This document shows, one piece after another, positions 12,697 through 22,693 of a stretch of 60,008 nucleotides of DNA. Numbering within the stretch: position 1 is the stretch's first letter; each line of letters opens with the position of its first letter. The position numbers and the translations under genes are program-made. The notes beneath the pieces are model-generated. The model was given only the letters and a program-made list of their open reading frames with translations. It had not been told where the DNA came from and did not search any database. The stretch is from an uncultured Ignatzschineria sp. (GTDB taxonomy: Bacteria; Pseudomonadota; Gammaproteobacteria; Cardiobacteriales; Wohlfahrtiimonadaceae), in NCBI GenBank assembly GCA_964586665.1, contig CAZPIQ010000001.1:1-60008 (forward strand), written 5' to 3'.

Positions 12697-13566
12697 CTAT
12701 CTAAAACGCTGTGCAATCATTACCCCTACAAGCGATAACCCACCGCCGATAAAGTGGTAGCTCTCTAAACTCTCATGGAGCACTAAGACTGATATCAATG
12801 CCGTAAATAAAGGCGATAGATTCATAAACAATGATGTCTTATTCGCACCCAATATCCCCACGCCTCGAATCCAAAGGAAAGGCGCAATAATAGAAGCTGG
12901 AATGCCGGCAAATAGAATCAGTCCGACATTTTCAGTCGTGATAGCGCGATTAGTCGCTAGCATAAATACAGGGATCAGAATAATCACGCCAAAGATAATC
13001 TGCCAATAGAGCGATTGCCATGTTGAAAGCTGAATTTTCCATTTCATGGTTAATACCCCATAAAGCGCATAAGCTAATGCCGCCACCAGCATCATCATCT
13101 CCCCTTTCCCTACGCCAACCTCAAGTAAAACTTGCGGAGAGCCACTACTAATGAGCCAAATAATACCGATAAAAGAGAGAATACTGCCAATGATTAATCC
13201 GGGTGTAACTGGCGTTTTCAGAATGATAAGACTCAATAAAATGGTTAATAGCGGAATTAATGATACAAAAATACCGATCATAGTTGCCGAGATCGTATAA
13301 GCTGCGTAATAAGCCAGACATTGGTATAACGCCATTCCAAGAAGCCCTAAAAAAGCAAGCTTCGGCAAATAAGGCTTTATCTCAACCCAATGCTTTATTG
13401 ATCCTCGAATACAAAATGGCGTTAATATTAAAAACGCAAAAAACCAACGATAAAATGAGATCGTCTCTGGCTCTACAACACCGGCCGATAATTTATTAAC
13501 AACAGCATTCATCGCCCAGATTAAAACAGCCAACAGTGGATAGATCATCGCAGCATAACGCATCAT
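12697..13566 (-). CDS. DMT/EamA family transporter
   Basis: About 10 TM helices, duplicated EamA pattern. Confidence 0.88.
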   Translation of the reverse strand: MMRYAAMIYPLLAVLIWAMNAVVNKLSAGVVEPETISFYRWFFAFLILTPFCIRGSIKHWVEIKPYLPKLAFLGLLGMALYQCLAYYAAYTISATMIGIFVSLIPLLTILLSLIILKTPVTPGLIIGSILSFIGIIWLISSGSPQVLLEVGVGKGEMMMLVAALAYALYGVLTMKWKIQLSTWQSLYWQIIFGVIILIPVFMLATNRAITTENVGLILFAGIPASIIAPFLWIRGVGILGANKTSLFMNLSPLFTALISVLVLHESLESYHFIGGGLSLVGVMIAQRFR

Positions 13567-13810
13567 GACTCCTTATTTATTATTCCCGAATATCATTATT
13601 TTATTGTGAGTCATTACCACAAACCCAAAAGGAGAGAAACTTTTATCGTAGTCTCTCACTTATATCCTAGCCTTACGGTAATCACACACTTCTTTCTTCA
13701 TCTTTGAAGAGGAATAGTATAATTTGTCAGATAAAAGGCATATACTGAATTTCGGACACTCTTTTCCGATTTTCGGACATTATCATTTTCCTATCTTCAT
13801 TTTTTAACGT

Positions 13811-14608
13811 ATGTCAGAACAAATACCGCTTCAGAATTTTCAACATCATCCCAATCGCCTGATTATGCTCGTCGATGAGAATATTAATGGGGCGACTGAG
13901 TATAAACTTCATTGTCACTCCTGGGGACAGATGATTCTCGTTGATAGTGGAGTCATCACACTTGAAATTGAAGGGGAGCGTTTTATCTCTCCGCCGGGGT
14001 TTGCCATCTGGATTCCGCCCTTTGCTAAACATACTTGTTACAGTCAATCAGATGCCCGTTTCCGCTCAATCAACATTCGTGAACTTGAATCCCAAAAACT
14101 GCCCCACATCGCATCGCTATTAACACTCAGTGATATTGCCCTATCGATCATTAATCATTTTTTTAAAAACAAGATCTATCTGCCAACGAGTGATACCGAT
14201 TTTCGTAAATCTCAAGTGTTTTTAGATGAATTAGAAGATGCGATGGTCGGTCACACTTACCTCCCTTACTCTGAGCATCGGCTTCTAAAACCCATACTGA
14301 CGAAATTAGAGCAAAACCCGGCGATAAGACTCACGCTTAAAGAGTGGGCTGAGATGGTTTTTACAACTGAGAGAACCCTCGCAAGATATTTCCAAAAAGA
14401 GCTCGGTATGAGCTTTAGTGAATGGTGCGCTAGACTTCGCTTTATCTATGCAACTTCCCTATTGGAAAATGGCGATACGGTTGAAGAGATTGCATTTTCA
14501 GTCGGCTATCGCTCTGCATCGAGCTTTATTAATATGTTCCAAGGCCTTGCCGGAATGCCACCAGATCGTTACAGACAACAGCATTTAAAACAGGCCATTA
14601 CTGAATAA
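13811..14608 (+). CDS. AraC family transcriptional regulator (cupin + HTH)
   Basis: HCHSWGQ cupin, ERTLARYF, VGYRSASSFINMF; divergent from DMT gene. Confidence 0.9.
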   Translation: MSEQIPLQNFQHHPNRLIMLVDENINGATEYKLHCHSWGQMILVDSGVITLEIEGERFISPPGFAIWIPPFAKHTCYSQSDARFRSINIRELESQKLPHIASLLTLSDIALSIINHFFKNKIYLPTSDTDFRKSQVFLDELEDAMVGHTYLPYSEHRLLKPILTKLEQNPAIRLTLKEWAEMVFTTERTLARYFQKELGMSFSEWCARLRFIYATSLLENGDTVEEIAFSVGYRSASSFINMFQGLAGMPPDRYRQQHLKQAITE

Positions 14609-14681
14609 TGTCACTCCTCATTTTCATTGCCCTATTAGTAATCTTTTAGCGGTTATTGAGCCGGTTTATTTGGCGCCAACT

Positions 14682-14695
14682 TTGATCTAGTTCAA
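14682..14695. promoter_or_regulatory. Possible FNR/Anr site upstream of GNAT gene
   Basis: TTGAT-CTAG-TTCAA, 9/10 to TTGAT-N4-ATCAA. Confidence 0.35.
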
Positions 14696-14778
14696 TCTAT
14701 TTTGCGCTATTTACATCAAGCAAAATCACTTGTAATATCGATCAATATCTCTAAAAAATAATGTAGGTTATCTAAATT

Positions 14779-15204
14779 ATGCCCAACCAATTTCTAGCTT
14801 CCTTTGAGGGAATTTCTCCTGAGGAGTATATTCATCTGCGCGTTCAATGTGGCTTATCGACTAAAACAATACAAGCCGCTACAATCGGTCTTTCAAACTC
14901 TCTTTTCATTGTGACACTACAAGTGCCTCAAACGGGTAAAAATATCGGCATGGGACGTTTAATTGGAGATGGTGGCTGTCATTGCCAAGTGGCAGATATC
15001 TGTGTATTGCCACAATATCAGGGTAAAGGGCTCGGTAAGCTCATCATGAGTCATATCCATCATTTCATTCAAGAAAATATTCCGGATTCTTGCTATATCA
15101 ACTTAATCGCTGATGGCGAGGCTTACCGACTCTATGAACAATATGGCTTTAAAGGTGTTTATCCCAATTCTCGTGGAATGGGTTATGTAAAACGTTCTTC
15201 ATGA
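14779..15204 (+). CDS. GNAT family N-acetyltransferase
   Basis: VLPQYQGKGLG acetyl-CoA motif A; LYEQYGF. Confidence 0.88.
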   Translation: MPNQFLASFEGISPEEYIHLRVQCGLSTKTIQAATIGLSNSLFIVTLQVPQTGKNIGMGRLIGDGGCHCQVADICVLPQYQGKGLGKLIMSHIHHFIQENIPDSCYINLIADGEAYRLYEQYGFKGVYPNSRGMGYVKRSS

Positions 15205-15339
15205 AATACTTCTAAGTTAAAAGCTCAAAATTTAAAGCCTAATATGCATCAGAAAAAAATTTCACCTGCAAAAGAAAGGCCTATCTTTTATTGCAAGATA
15301 GACCCTCTCGATTCATCTACTACATTCAAGCTGCTGATT

Positions 15340-16797
15340 TTAAATCCGTTTAGCCATTCTAAAGCGACGAACCTTTTTTGGCGTTTCGCCATCTTCATAG
15401 TACTCGATCGTAAATCCTGTTAATGCATAAGCAATGGCGATCACAGGGCTTAAGAGACACAGGAAGGTATAGGGTAGATAATCAAATGTTGCAACGCCGA
15501 GGGTGGTCGCCATAAATGCACCGCAAGTGTTCCAAGGGATCAGCGGTGATGTCATCGTTCCTGAATCCTCTAATGTTCTTGAGAGCACTTTGCCTTTGAT
15601 GCCGCGCTTACGGTATTCTTCAGCGTACATTCTTCCCGGCACAATGATCGACATATATTGATCACAGCCTACGATATTCCCAGTAATACAAGTCGCAACC
15701 GTAGCAATAATCAAACTTCTTGTCGTTTTCGCAAGTTTCACAATACTCGCCACAATCGTTTGGAAAATGCCGGTAAACTCCAAAATCCCTCCAAAACACA
15801 TTGCAATAATCACTAATGAAACGGTGGAGAATACTGAAACAATCCCGCCATTATTCAAAAGCGCATTGAGCGTTTCATTATCCGTTGTAATGCTATAGCC
15901 ATCATAGAGTGCGCCCATCACCATACCAGGATCAGCATCTTGCACGAAGATCGCACACAGAACCCCTAAAATAGAGCCGACCATTAATCCTGGAAATGCC
16001 GGGATTCTAAAGATCATAACAATAATTATGGAGGCGGGAACTAGAAGTAGCCATGGTGAAATCACAAAGAGATCTTTCAGATCTTCACGAAGTGTGAAAT
16101 TCGTGGCAGCCGTATTGGTTAAATCTGCAGAAATGCTGAAACCCAAAATCGTAAAGAGAATTAACGAAATCACTAATGCCGGAATCGTGGTATAGAGCAT
16201 ATAACGAATATGCTCAAAGAGATCCACCCCCACAATTCCCGGCGCTAAATTTGTTGATTCTGATAATGGCGAGATTTTATCGCCAAAGTACGCGCCAGAG
16301 ATGACGGCGCCCGCCACCATTTCAGATGGCATTCCTAACCCAAAGCCGATCCCCATAATCGCAATACCGATCGTACCAGCAGCCGTCCACGCATTACCTG
16401 AGGCAATGGAAATAATGCAGCAGATCGCACAAGCTGCCACTAAGAAATAAGCAGGATTTAAGAGATTCAGCCCATAATAGATCAGCGTTGGTACAATACC
16501 GCCGGCAATCCATGAAGCGATAATTGTGCCGATGACAATCAAGATGACTATTGCCTGGAGGGCCAAACGAACCGCATCAAGCATCCCGGTTTCAATAGCT
16601 TTCCATTTAAAACCGAGGCGCATTGCAACTAAAATAGCCACACAAACGCTTAACAATAATGGAATATGCGGACTCACATCCCAAAAGAAGATTCCGACAA
16701 CAAGCGCGATCATCATAAAGGTGATCGGAATGAATGCTTCAAGGATGGTTGGTGTTCTTGTTGAAATTGTTTCAACTGGTGAAATTTCGAAACTCAT
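15340..16797 (-). CDS. nhaC: NhaC family Na+/H+ antiporter / amino-acid transporter
   Basis: GAYFGDKISPLS, SRTLEDSGT, PLIPWN; RBS GAGGGA before ATG 16797. Confidence 0.88.
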   Translation of the reverse strand: MSFEISPVETISTRTPTILEAFIPITFMMIALVVGIFFWDVSPHIPLLLSVCVAILVAMRLGFKWKAIETGMLDAVRLALQAIVILIVIGTIIASWIAGGIVPTLIYYGLNLLNPAYFLVAACAICCIISIASGNAWTAAGTIGIAIMGIGFGLGMPSEMVAGAVISGAYFGDKISPLSESTNLAPGIVGVDLFEHIRYMLYTTIPALVISLILFTILGFSISADLTNTAATNFTLREDLKDLFVISPWLLLVPASIIIVMIFRIPAFPGLMVGSILGVLCAIFVQDADPGMVMGALYDGYSITTDNETLNALLNNGGIVSVFSTVSLVIIAMCFGGILEFTGIFQTIVASIVKLAKTTRSLIIATVATCITGNIVGCDQYMSIIVPGRMYAEEYRKRGIKGKVLSRTLEDSGTMTSPLIPWNTCGAFMATTLGVATFDYLPYTFLCLLSPVIAIAYALTGFTIEYYEDGETPKKVRRFRMAKRI

Positions 16798-17388
16798 TTT
16801 TATTATTTCCCTCAACCGTTTAAAAAAGAGGAGAAAATCTACCCACGAGCCTTTACATGATACCGAAGCATTTATCAGTTTCAATGAATTAGCAAAATAA
16901 AGAAGGTAGTGCCCAAAAAAATAGAACTTATTAGCAACTTTGAAAAAGGGACGACTTACGCATATCAAAAATGGACTGAAAAATAAGGGCGGTGCAGTAA
17001 GTTAAATAAACTATAAACAGAATTTTAATAGTGTTGCTTTAAGTTTGCAAAGTCTAACACAACTTTTAAAAAGTCATACTATTTTTAGCATTTGATAAAA
17101 AATCACTCAGAATATATGCCTTTTATCTGCATAAATGATTGCAGCATTAATGGATCATGTTAATATTAATCCTATTGTGCAAAAGGGGCTTAAGTGAGCC
17201 TATTTACGGCTTTCACCCTACTTGTACAAGTTTAAAATTTGGCTCCGCAAATCGAAATCTCGCAAAGTCCTTAGTATTACTGTATTAATGCGATATAACA
17301 GATCAATCTTCATTGGCTTTTATCAACTTATTTTATAAGTGTTTTCGAAATATTTGCGCCTATAATCTTAAAATCAATGAGGATTAAG

Positions 17389-18633
17389 ATGAGTATAAAA
17401 AAATCGCCTTCCGTTGTAGGCGGTGCCATGATTGCCGCAGGAACAATGATCGGCGCTGGTATGTTAAGTCTTCCTATCGCTTCGGCAGGGATGTGGTTTG
17501 GTTGGACAGTTGTGATTATGTTAATCACTGTCTTTTTCATGTTTATTACCGCAGAGCAAATTCTTGAAGTCAATCTTGGCTATAAACCTGGCGCAAGTTT
17601 TGATACGCTTGTTAAAGATAATCTTGGGGGCGTTTGGCGGATCATTAATGGTTTCTCGGTTGCCTTTGTGCTCTACATTCTGCTCTATGCTTACGTGGTT
17701 GGCTCCGGCTCAGTTATCAGTAATACCATTGAAACAAACTACGATATTATCGTACCCCGTTATCAATCTTCCTTTATCTTTGCCCTACTCTTCACGGCGA
17801 TTGTTTGGTGGAGTACCAAGGCGGTTGACCGAATTTCAACAGTTTTAATGATTGGGATGTTTATCACCTTATTTGCAGCTGTTACAGGGCTACTTGGACA
17901 AATTCAAATTCCTTATCTCTTTGAACCAAGTGGTGAGAGCAAATTTGCAATCTACGCATTTGCAAGCCTTCCCTTCTTCCTAACCTCATTCTGCTTCCAC
18001 GCAAGTGTGCCAAGCTTTGTAAAATATTATGGTATTGAAGGCAACAAAATCCGCAAGGCGATTGTTTGGGGAATGCTCATTACTTTTATCTTCTATATTG
18101 CATGGATGATTGCCATTATGGGAAGTATCGATCGGATCAGCTTCCTCTCTGTTGGGGAAGATCAAGTCGCTTGGCTATTAAATCAGGTAAATGCGAGCCA
18201 ATTTGCTGGTCTTGCGCTTCGTCTATTTGCATTCTTCGCCGTAGTGACATCATTCTTAGGCGCAGGGCTTGGACTCTTTGACTATATTGCAGATCTCTTT
18301 AAAATTGATGATAGCCATAAAGGCAGATTCTTCACCGCAATTATCACCTTCTTACCTCCTGCAATCTTAGGAATGATCTTCCCGAATGGCTTCGTACTTG
18401 CTATTGGCTTTGCCGGATTATTTGCAGCAATTTGGTCAGTGATTGTACCGGCGGCGATGGTCATTAGTTACCGTAAACGCAATGCCAAAAATGATGCGGC
18501 TAAAGCGGGCGCATTCAGAGCATTTGGCGGTTCAATCATGCCTTACATCATTATTCTTTATGGCCTTATTGCAATTATTTCGCATCTTTTGGTCGAAGTA
18601 TTTAATGTTGAGATGCTGAATTTCTTTAAATAG
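17389..18633 (+). CDS. Aromatic amino acid permease (Mtr/TnaB/TyrP, HAAAP family)
   Basis: GTMIGAGMLSLP, SFCFHASVPS, TSFLGAGLGLFD; GAGGA before ATG 17389. Confidence 0.88.
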   Translation: MSIKKSPSVVGGAMIAAGTMIGAGMLSLPIASAGMWFGWTVVIMLITVFFMFITAEQILEVNLGYKPGASFDTLVKDNLGGVWRIINGFSVAFVLYILLYAYVVGSGSVISNTIETNYDIIVPRYQSSFIFALLFTAIVWWSTKAVDRISTVLMIGMFITLFAAVTGLLGQIQIPYLFEPSGESKFAIYAFASLPFFLTSFCFHASVPSFVKYYGIEGNKIRKAIVWGMLITFIFYIAWMIAIMGSIDRISFLSVGEDQVAWLLNQVNASQFAGLALRLFAFFAVVTSFLGAGLGLFDYIADLFKIDDSHKGRFFTAIITFLPPAILGMIFPNGFVLAIGFAGLFAAIWSVIVPAAMVISYRKRNAKNDAAKAGAFRAFGGSIMPYIIILYGLIAIISHLLVEVFNVEMLNFFK

Positions 18634-18654
18634 CAATTGATTAGCATAATTCCA

Positions 18655-18687
18655 AAGAGATCTTTGTAACTGAAGATCTCTTTTTTA
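18655..18687 (+). terminator. Permease terminator
   Basis: AAGAGATCTT...AAGATCTCTT + T-run. Confidence 0.7.
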
Positions 18688-18723
18688 TTACTCAATTAAT
18701 ACAAACAACTCAGATTGACACAT

Positions 18724-18754
18724 AAAAAAACACCCTTCAGTTGAAGGGTGTTTT
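18724..18754 (-). terminator. slyB terminator
   Basis: A-run + CACCCTTCA-GT-TGAAGGGTG. Confidence 0.75.
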
Positions 18755-18811
18755 CTTTCAATATCGAATCTTATTCGCTCATTCATCAATCTGAACATTG
18801 CGAAGATGATA

Positions 18812-19273
18812 TTACATCGGCGTTACATTCACGTTACGACCACCACCAACCATACGCACTCGTTGGCCTGGTTGGAAGATAACGTTTTTATCTTGTTTTT
18901 GAACAACAACAATTGTTTGACCGCTATCTGTTTTAATTTCGATTTGTACAGATGCGATTTGACCCGCTTGATTTTGCACTTTATTACCGATTAAACCACC
19001 TGCAACGGCACCTACAGCTGTTGTAATATTACGACCTCTTCCGCCACCCATAGCATTTCCTAACACGCCACCAAGAGCTGCACCCGAAATTGTTCCAAGT
19101 GATGAATCATCAGCCTGAATTGTGACAGGTCTTGCGCTGATAACAGTTCCATATGACACAGATTGCGCCGCCTTTGCTTGGTCTGCTGTATAGACATCGC
19201 CTGAGTAGATGCTTGAGTTAGTACAACCTGCAATTGTTAATGTCGCAAGTCCGATTAATGCTAATTTCTTCAT
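18812..19273 (-). CDS. slyB: Glycine-zipper outer membrane lipoprotein SlyB/Pcp
   Basis: Lipobox IAGC, YSGDVY, Gly zipper, IVVVQ. Confidence 0.88.
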   Translation of the reverse strand: MKKLALIGLATLTIAGCTNSSIYSGDVYTADQAKAAQSVSYGTVISARPVTIQADDSSLGTISGAALGGVLGNAMGGGRGRNITTAVGAVAGGLIGNKVQNQAGQIASVQIEIKTDSGQTIVVVQKQDKNVIFQPGQRVRMVGGGRNVNVTPM

Positions 19274-19467
19274 ATTTAACCTCTTATTGATTAAGTCTGA
19301 TTGACCATACGAATATTAATTAAAATTTTAAAATACATAATTTTAATTAATAAAATACTAAGCAATCTCTTATTTAACATGCCTATTATAATGTAACTCA
19401 TATCACGCTTCCAACTATAATTGGGATTAAACTTTCTTTTTCAAGTAGATGATATTTTTCTTCACCT

Positions 19468-20361
19468 TTAATTTCGTTCTCTGCAATCATTTTCTACAAT
19501 CTCAAGAAGCCTCGGAAATCTCGGAATCCCGCGATCAGTAAAACCATTATGCTGATAACGAACCCATGTGCCTTTTAAGGGAGGCTTTTGTCGATCTCGA
19601 TCTTTCAGGCCTGATCCGATATTAAAACGCTTTAGCTGACCTTCAATCATACTTTCAACCTTTAATGATCCCACCATTCCTTGATATTTCCCTTTCCCCG
19701 GCGTAAAGCCCGTAATTACAGCACATCCATATTCAATCGCCTTTAACTTCAATAAAGCATCTGTTCTTTGATAAGGTGAGTAGATTGCCGATTCATGGTG
19801 AAGCATTAAACCCTCGCCACCAGAATTCACGACTTCTTCTAATGTTTGATGCAAGGATTCTAAATTTTTAATTCGGACCTGCGCAATCATTTCTATATGA
19901 GGCGCCTTTGTATTGATTTCTGCAATATATTGCTTCATCGTCTCAACACGCTCCTTAAAGGGCGTTTTTAATGCCGGCATATCGAATATTTGAAAGGTCA
20001 CTTCGCGCCAAAGTGGATCATCAACCTCCCCCTTAGCAATTAAGCTTGAGAGTCTTTGAAATGTTCCGATACCTAGCCATAGCTCGCCTTCGATAGGTTC
20101 ACTTCCTAAATTTTCCGTAAACCAGCTCGGCGTATTAATCACATAGCCCTGCCGAGATAAGAGCGCCCTACCATCCCAATATCCGCGAATGCCATCGAGT
20201 TTCTCACTCACAAAATAGTGCTCAATATCGAGTGACTTTTCACTTGCCGGCGTTAGACTGATGCCATGCTGAATTGGCATTGCCATTACCACATTCACTA
20301 AATTGAGTACACTCAGCACACTCAATAGCAAGAAAAACATTATCCTAATGTGGCCTATCAT
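19468..20361 (-). CDS. Minimal ATP-dependent DNA ligase with signal peptide (Lig E type)
   Basis: SEKLDGIRGYWDG (KxDG), EGLMLH, LLKLK, OB domain GIPRFPR; hydrophobic N-terminus ending VMA; start uncertain (20361 or 20340). Confidence 0.88.
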   Translation of the reverse strand: MIGHIRIMFFLLLSVLSVLNLVNVVMAMPIQHGISLTPASEKSLDIEHYFVSEKLDGIRGYWDGRALLSRQGYVINTPSWFTENLGSEPIEGELWLGIGTFQRLSSLIAKGEVDDPLWREVTFQIFDMPALKTPFKERVETMKQYIAEINTKAPHIEMIAQVRIKNLESLHQTLEEVVNSGGEGLMLHHESAIYSPYQRTDALLKLKAIEYGCAVITGFTPGKGKYQGMVGSLKVESMIEGQLKRFNIGSGLKDRDRQKPPLKGTWVRYQHNGFTDRGIPRFPRLLEIVENDCRERN

Positions 20362-20547
20362 CCGCTGAAACCATTGATATTGAAGCATTTGAAAAATATC
20401 TATTTGTGATTGAAACCCTAATCTTTGTCCCATAAAAAAACCTATCCTTCGCCTTTTTAAAACAGGAAAATCTGTTTTCATAAAAGGCGTAAAGATAGGT
20501 CTTTGATGGCTATTTTGGGATAACTGAGAGATCCATCAATTTAGGAT

Positions 20548-20646
20548 CATTTGATATATCACATTTGATATATCAACTAAACTCCGACTAAACTACCACT
20601 CAATATCAGCTTATATATCATTCAATATCATTCAATATCGATCAAT
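20548..20646. repeat. Cluster of short tandem duplications (14-mer CATTTGATATATCA x2; 10-mer TATCATTCAA x~3)
   Basis: Read directly. Confidence 0.75.
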
Positions 20647-20692
20647 TTAAAATTCGACACCTATTAGATCATTCCCTTTTAAGTATCCTGAA

Positions 20693-22201
20693 TTAAATAT
20701 CCTTATCAATTTTACGAATCGGAATATTCAGAATCAATAAAATACCACCGACAACAACAAGTGCAATAATCACTGTTTGGAAGATTCCCGGAAGATCTCC
20801 AATAGTATCCGCTTGAACGTTACCACCGACTTTTGATGCCACTAAATTCCCAAGTGAGAGCGATGCAAACCATAATCCCATGATCTGTCCACGAATCATT
20901 TTCGGCGCGATTTTCGTCATAATCGAAAGACCAACAGGACTTAAGCAGAGCTCACCAAAGGTTAAGAAGAGCATACATGCCACCATCCACATCGGCGAAG
21001 CAAGCGCATCGCCTGACATCACGATTTTACTCGCAATATAAAGACATACAAAACCGATCGCAGCAAAGAACAGACCAAAAGCAAACTTTGTAATACTGCT
21101 CGGTTCCATATTATAGCGATACATCATTGGCCAAAGGATTGCAAAAAGTGGCGCGAAGATAATAATAAAGATCGAGTTAATGGATTGGAACCAGGCTGTA
21201 GGAACTTCATAACCAAAGATCACTCTGTCCGTATAGCTATCAACAAAAAGGTTCATTGAAGTGGGTTGTTGTTCAAATGCCGACCAGAAGAAAGCGGAAG
21301 CTGTAAAGAGAATTAAACAGATAATCAACTGGAAACGCTCTTTACGGTTTAATTTTGCAAAGAAGAAAAGTCCTAAGAAATAACCTACGACACATACCGC
21401 GATGATCACCATTGTGTAATCGACAATCACAACCGGCGAGAATGGAATGAGCTCAAAGCTCACACCAATAAAGACAATGATGAGTGTGGCAATAGAACCA
21501 AAGACCCAATTTTTAGTCGCTTTTGAGACATTTTTGGGCGCGCCCCAGCTATTTTCAACATTCTCTGCCTTCGCAAATTTTGTCATAGAGGGCATTGCGC
21601 TCATTCTAAAGATCACAAGCGCGATCAGCATCCCAATACCACCCACTGCAAATCCTGCATGCCAGCCATACTCTTCACTTAAGAAACCACCCACAATCGG
21701 TGCTAAGAATGCACCTAAGTTAATTCCCATATAAAAGATCGAGAAACCACTATCACGGCGATGATCCCCATCCTTATAGAGCATTCCAACAATGACCGAG
21801 ATACAGGTTTTAAAGAGTCCTGAGCCAATAACAATCAGGATCAATCCTAAATAGAAGAAATGAACCGCAAGCCATGCTGAAAGCGCAATTGAGAGATGAC
21901 CAAGTGCAATAATAATTGAGCCATACCAAACACTTCCCTCTTGCCCAAGCCAGTTATCGGCAATCCAACCACCAGGAAGCGCGGCAATATAGATCGCACC
22001 ACCAAATATCCCTACGATTGCGGAAGCCGTCACGGTATCAATACCAAGACCATTATTCTGCAATGAAGCGACCATGAAAAGGATTAGTAAGGGGCGAATA
22101 CCGTAGAAGGAGAAGCGTTCCCACATCTCTGTAAAGAAGAGAGAACTCAGCGGCTTTGGATGCCCAAAGAATGCATTATCTAAAGTTTTAACTTTTGCCA
22201 T
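20693..22201 (-). CDS. POT/PTR family proton-dependent oligopeptide transporter
   Basis: EMWERFSFYG (ExxERF), FYMGINLG, GELCLSPVGLS. Confidence 0.93.
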   Translation of the reverse strand: MAKVKTLDNAFFGHPKPLSSLFFTEMWERFSFYGIRPLLILFMVASLQNNGLGIDTVTASAIVGIFGGAIYIAALPGGWIADNWLGQEGSVWYGSIIIALGHLSIALSAWLAVHFFYLGLILIVIGSGLFKTCISVIVGMLYKDGDHRRDSGFSIFYMGINLGAFLAPIVGGFLSEEYGWHAGFAVGGIGMLIALVIFRMSAMPSMTKFAKAENVENSWGAPKNVSKATKNWVFGSIATLIIVFIGVSFELIPFSPVVIVDYTMVIIAVCVVGYFLGLFFFAKLNRKERFQLIICLILFTASAFFWSAFEQQPTSMNLFVDSYTDRVIFGYEVPTAWFQSINSIFIIIFAPLFAILWPMMYRYNMEPSSITKFAFGLFFAAIGFVCLYIASKIVMSGDALASPMWMVACMLFLTFGELCLSPVGLSIMTKIAPKMIRGQIMGLWFASLSLGNLVASKVGGNVQADTIGDLPGIFQTVIIALVVVGGILLILNIPIRKIDKDI

Positions 22202-22693
22202 TAGCGGTTGTCCTTTAGTAAGTCGTTTACGAGTAGATCTCTTTTTGAATGCTCTGAAGACTGATATATATGGGTTAGCATATATCTGGATTAGCAATAT
22301 TATAAAAGCCCCAAAAAGGATGCTTTGAGATCAACAATCAACTTACCTGAATTGATGAAAGTAGAAAATAGACTAACACGCTCAGTTTTAATTCCAAGAA
22401 AAAACTGCTTGAAATTCATACATTTTCGAAAATTGATATAAATTTCAAACAGTCTATATTTTTTGATTACGTTTTTTTGATTGCATTTTTTGCCATATGT
22501 TGTTTACATCATGTGTTGATGGCATTTACTGACGGCATTTTCTTGCAACTTTTGTTGACTGCCTAGATTGACAACATCTATGGATTGAATTGATTCGTCA
22601 TATAGATATGGGGTGTAAAGATAAAACTCTCTATCAATAAAGATCAATAGGATCGATAGAAATCAAAAGAGAGTTTTAACAATCATTCACTGA

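Noticed and set aside
16798-16968. N-terminal extensions in ORF track (nhaC; likewise receptor, ligase, POT, bdh, asd, MFS)
   Set aside because: Downstream ATGs have better RBS and match family N-termini
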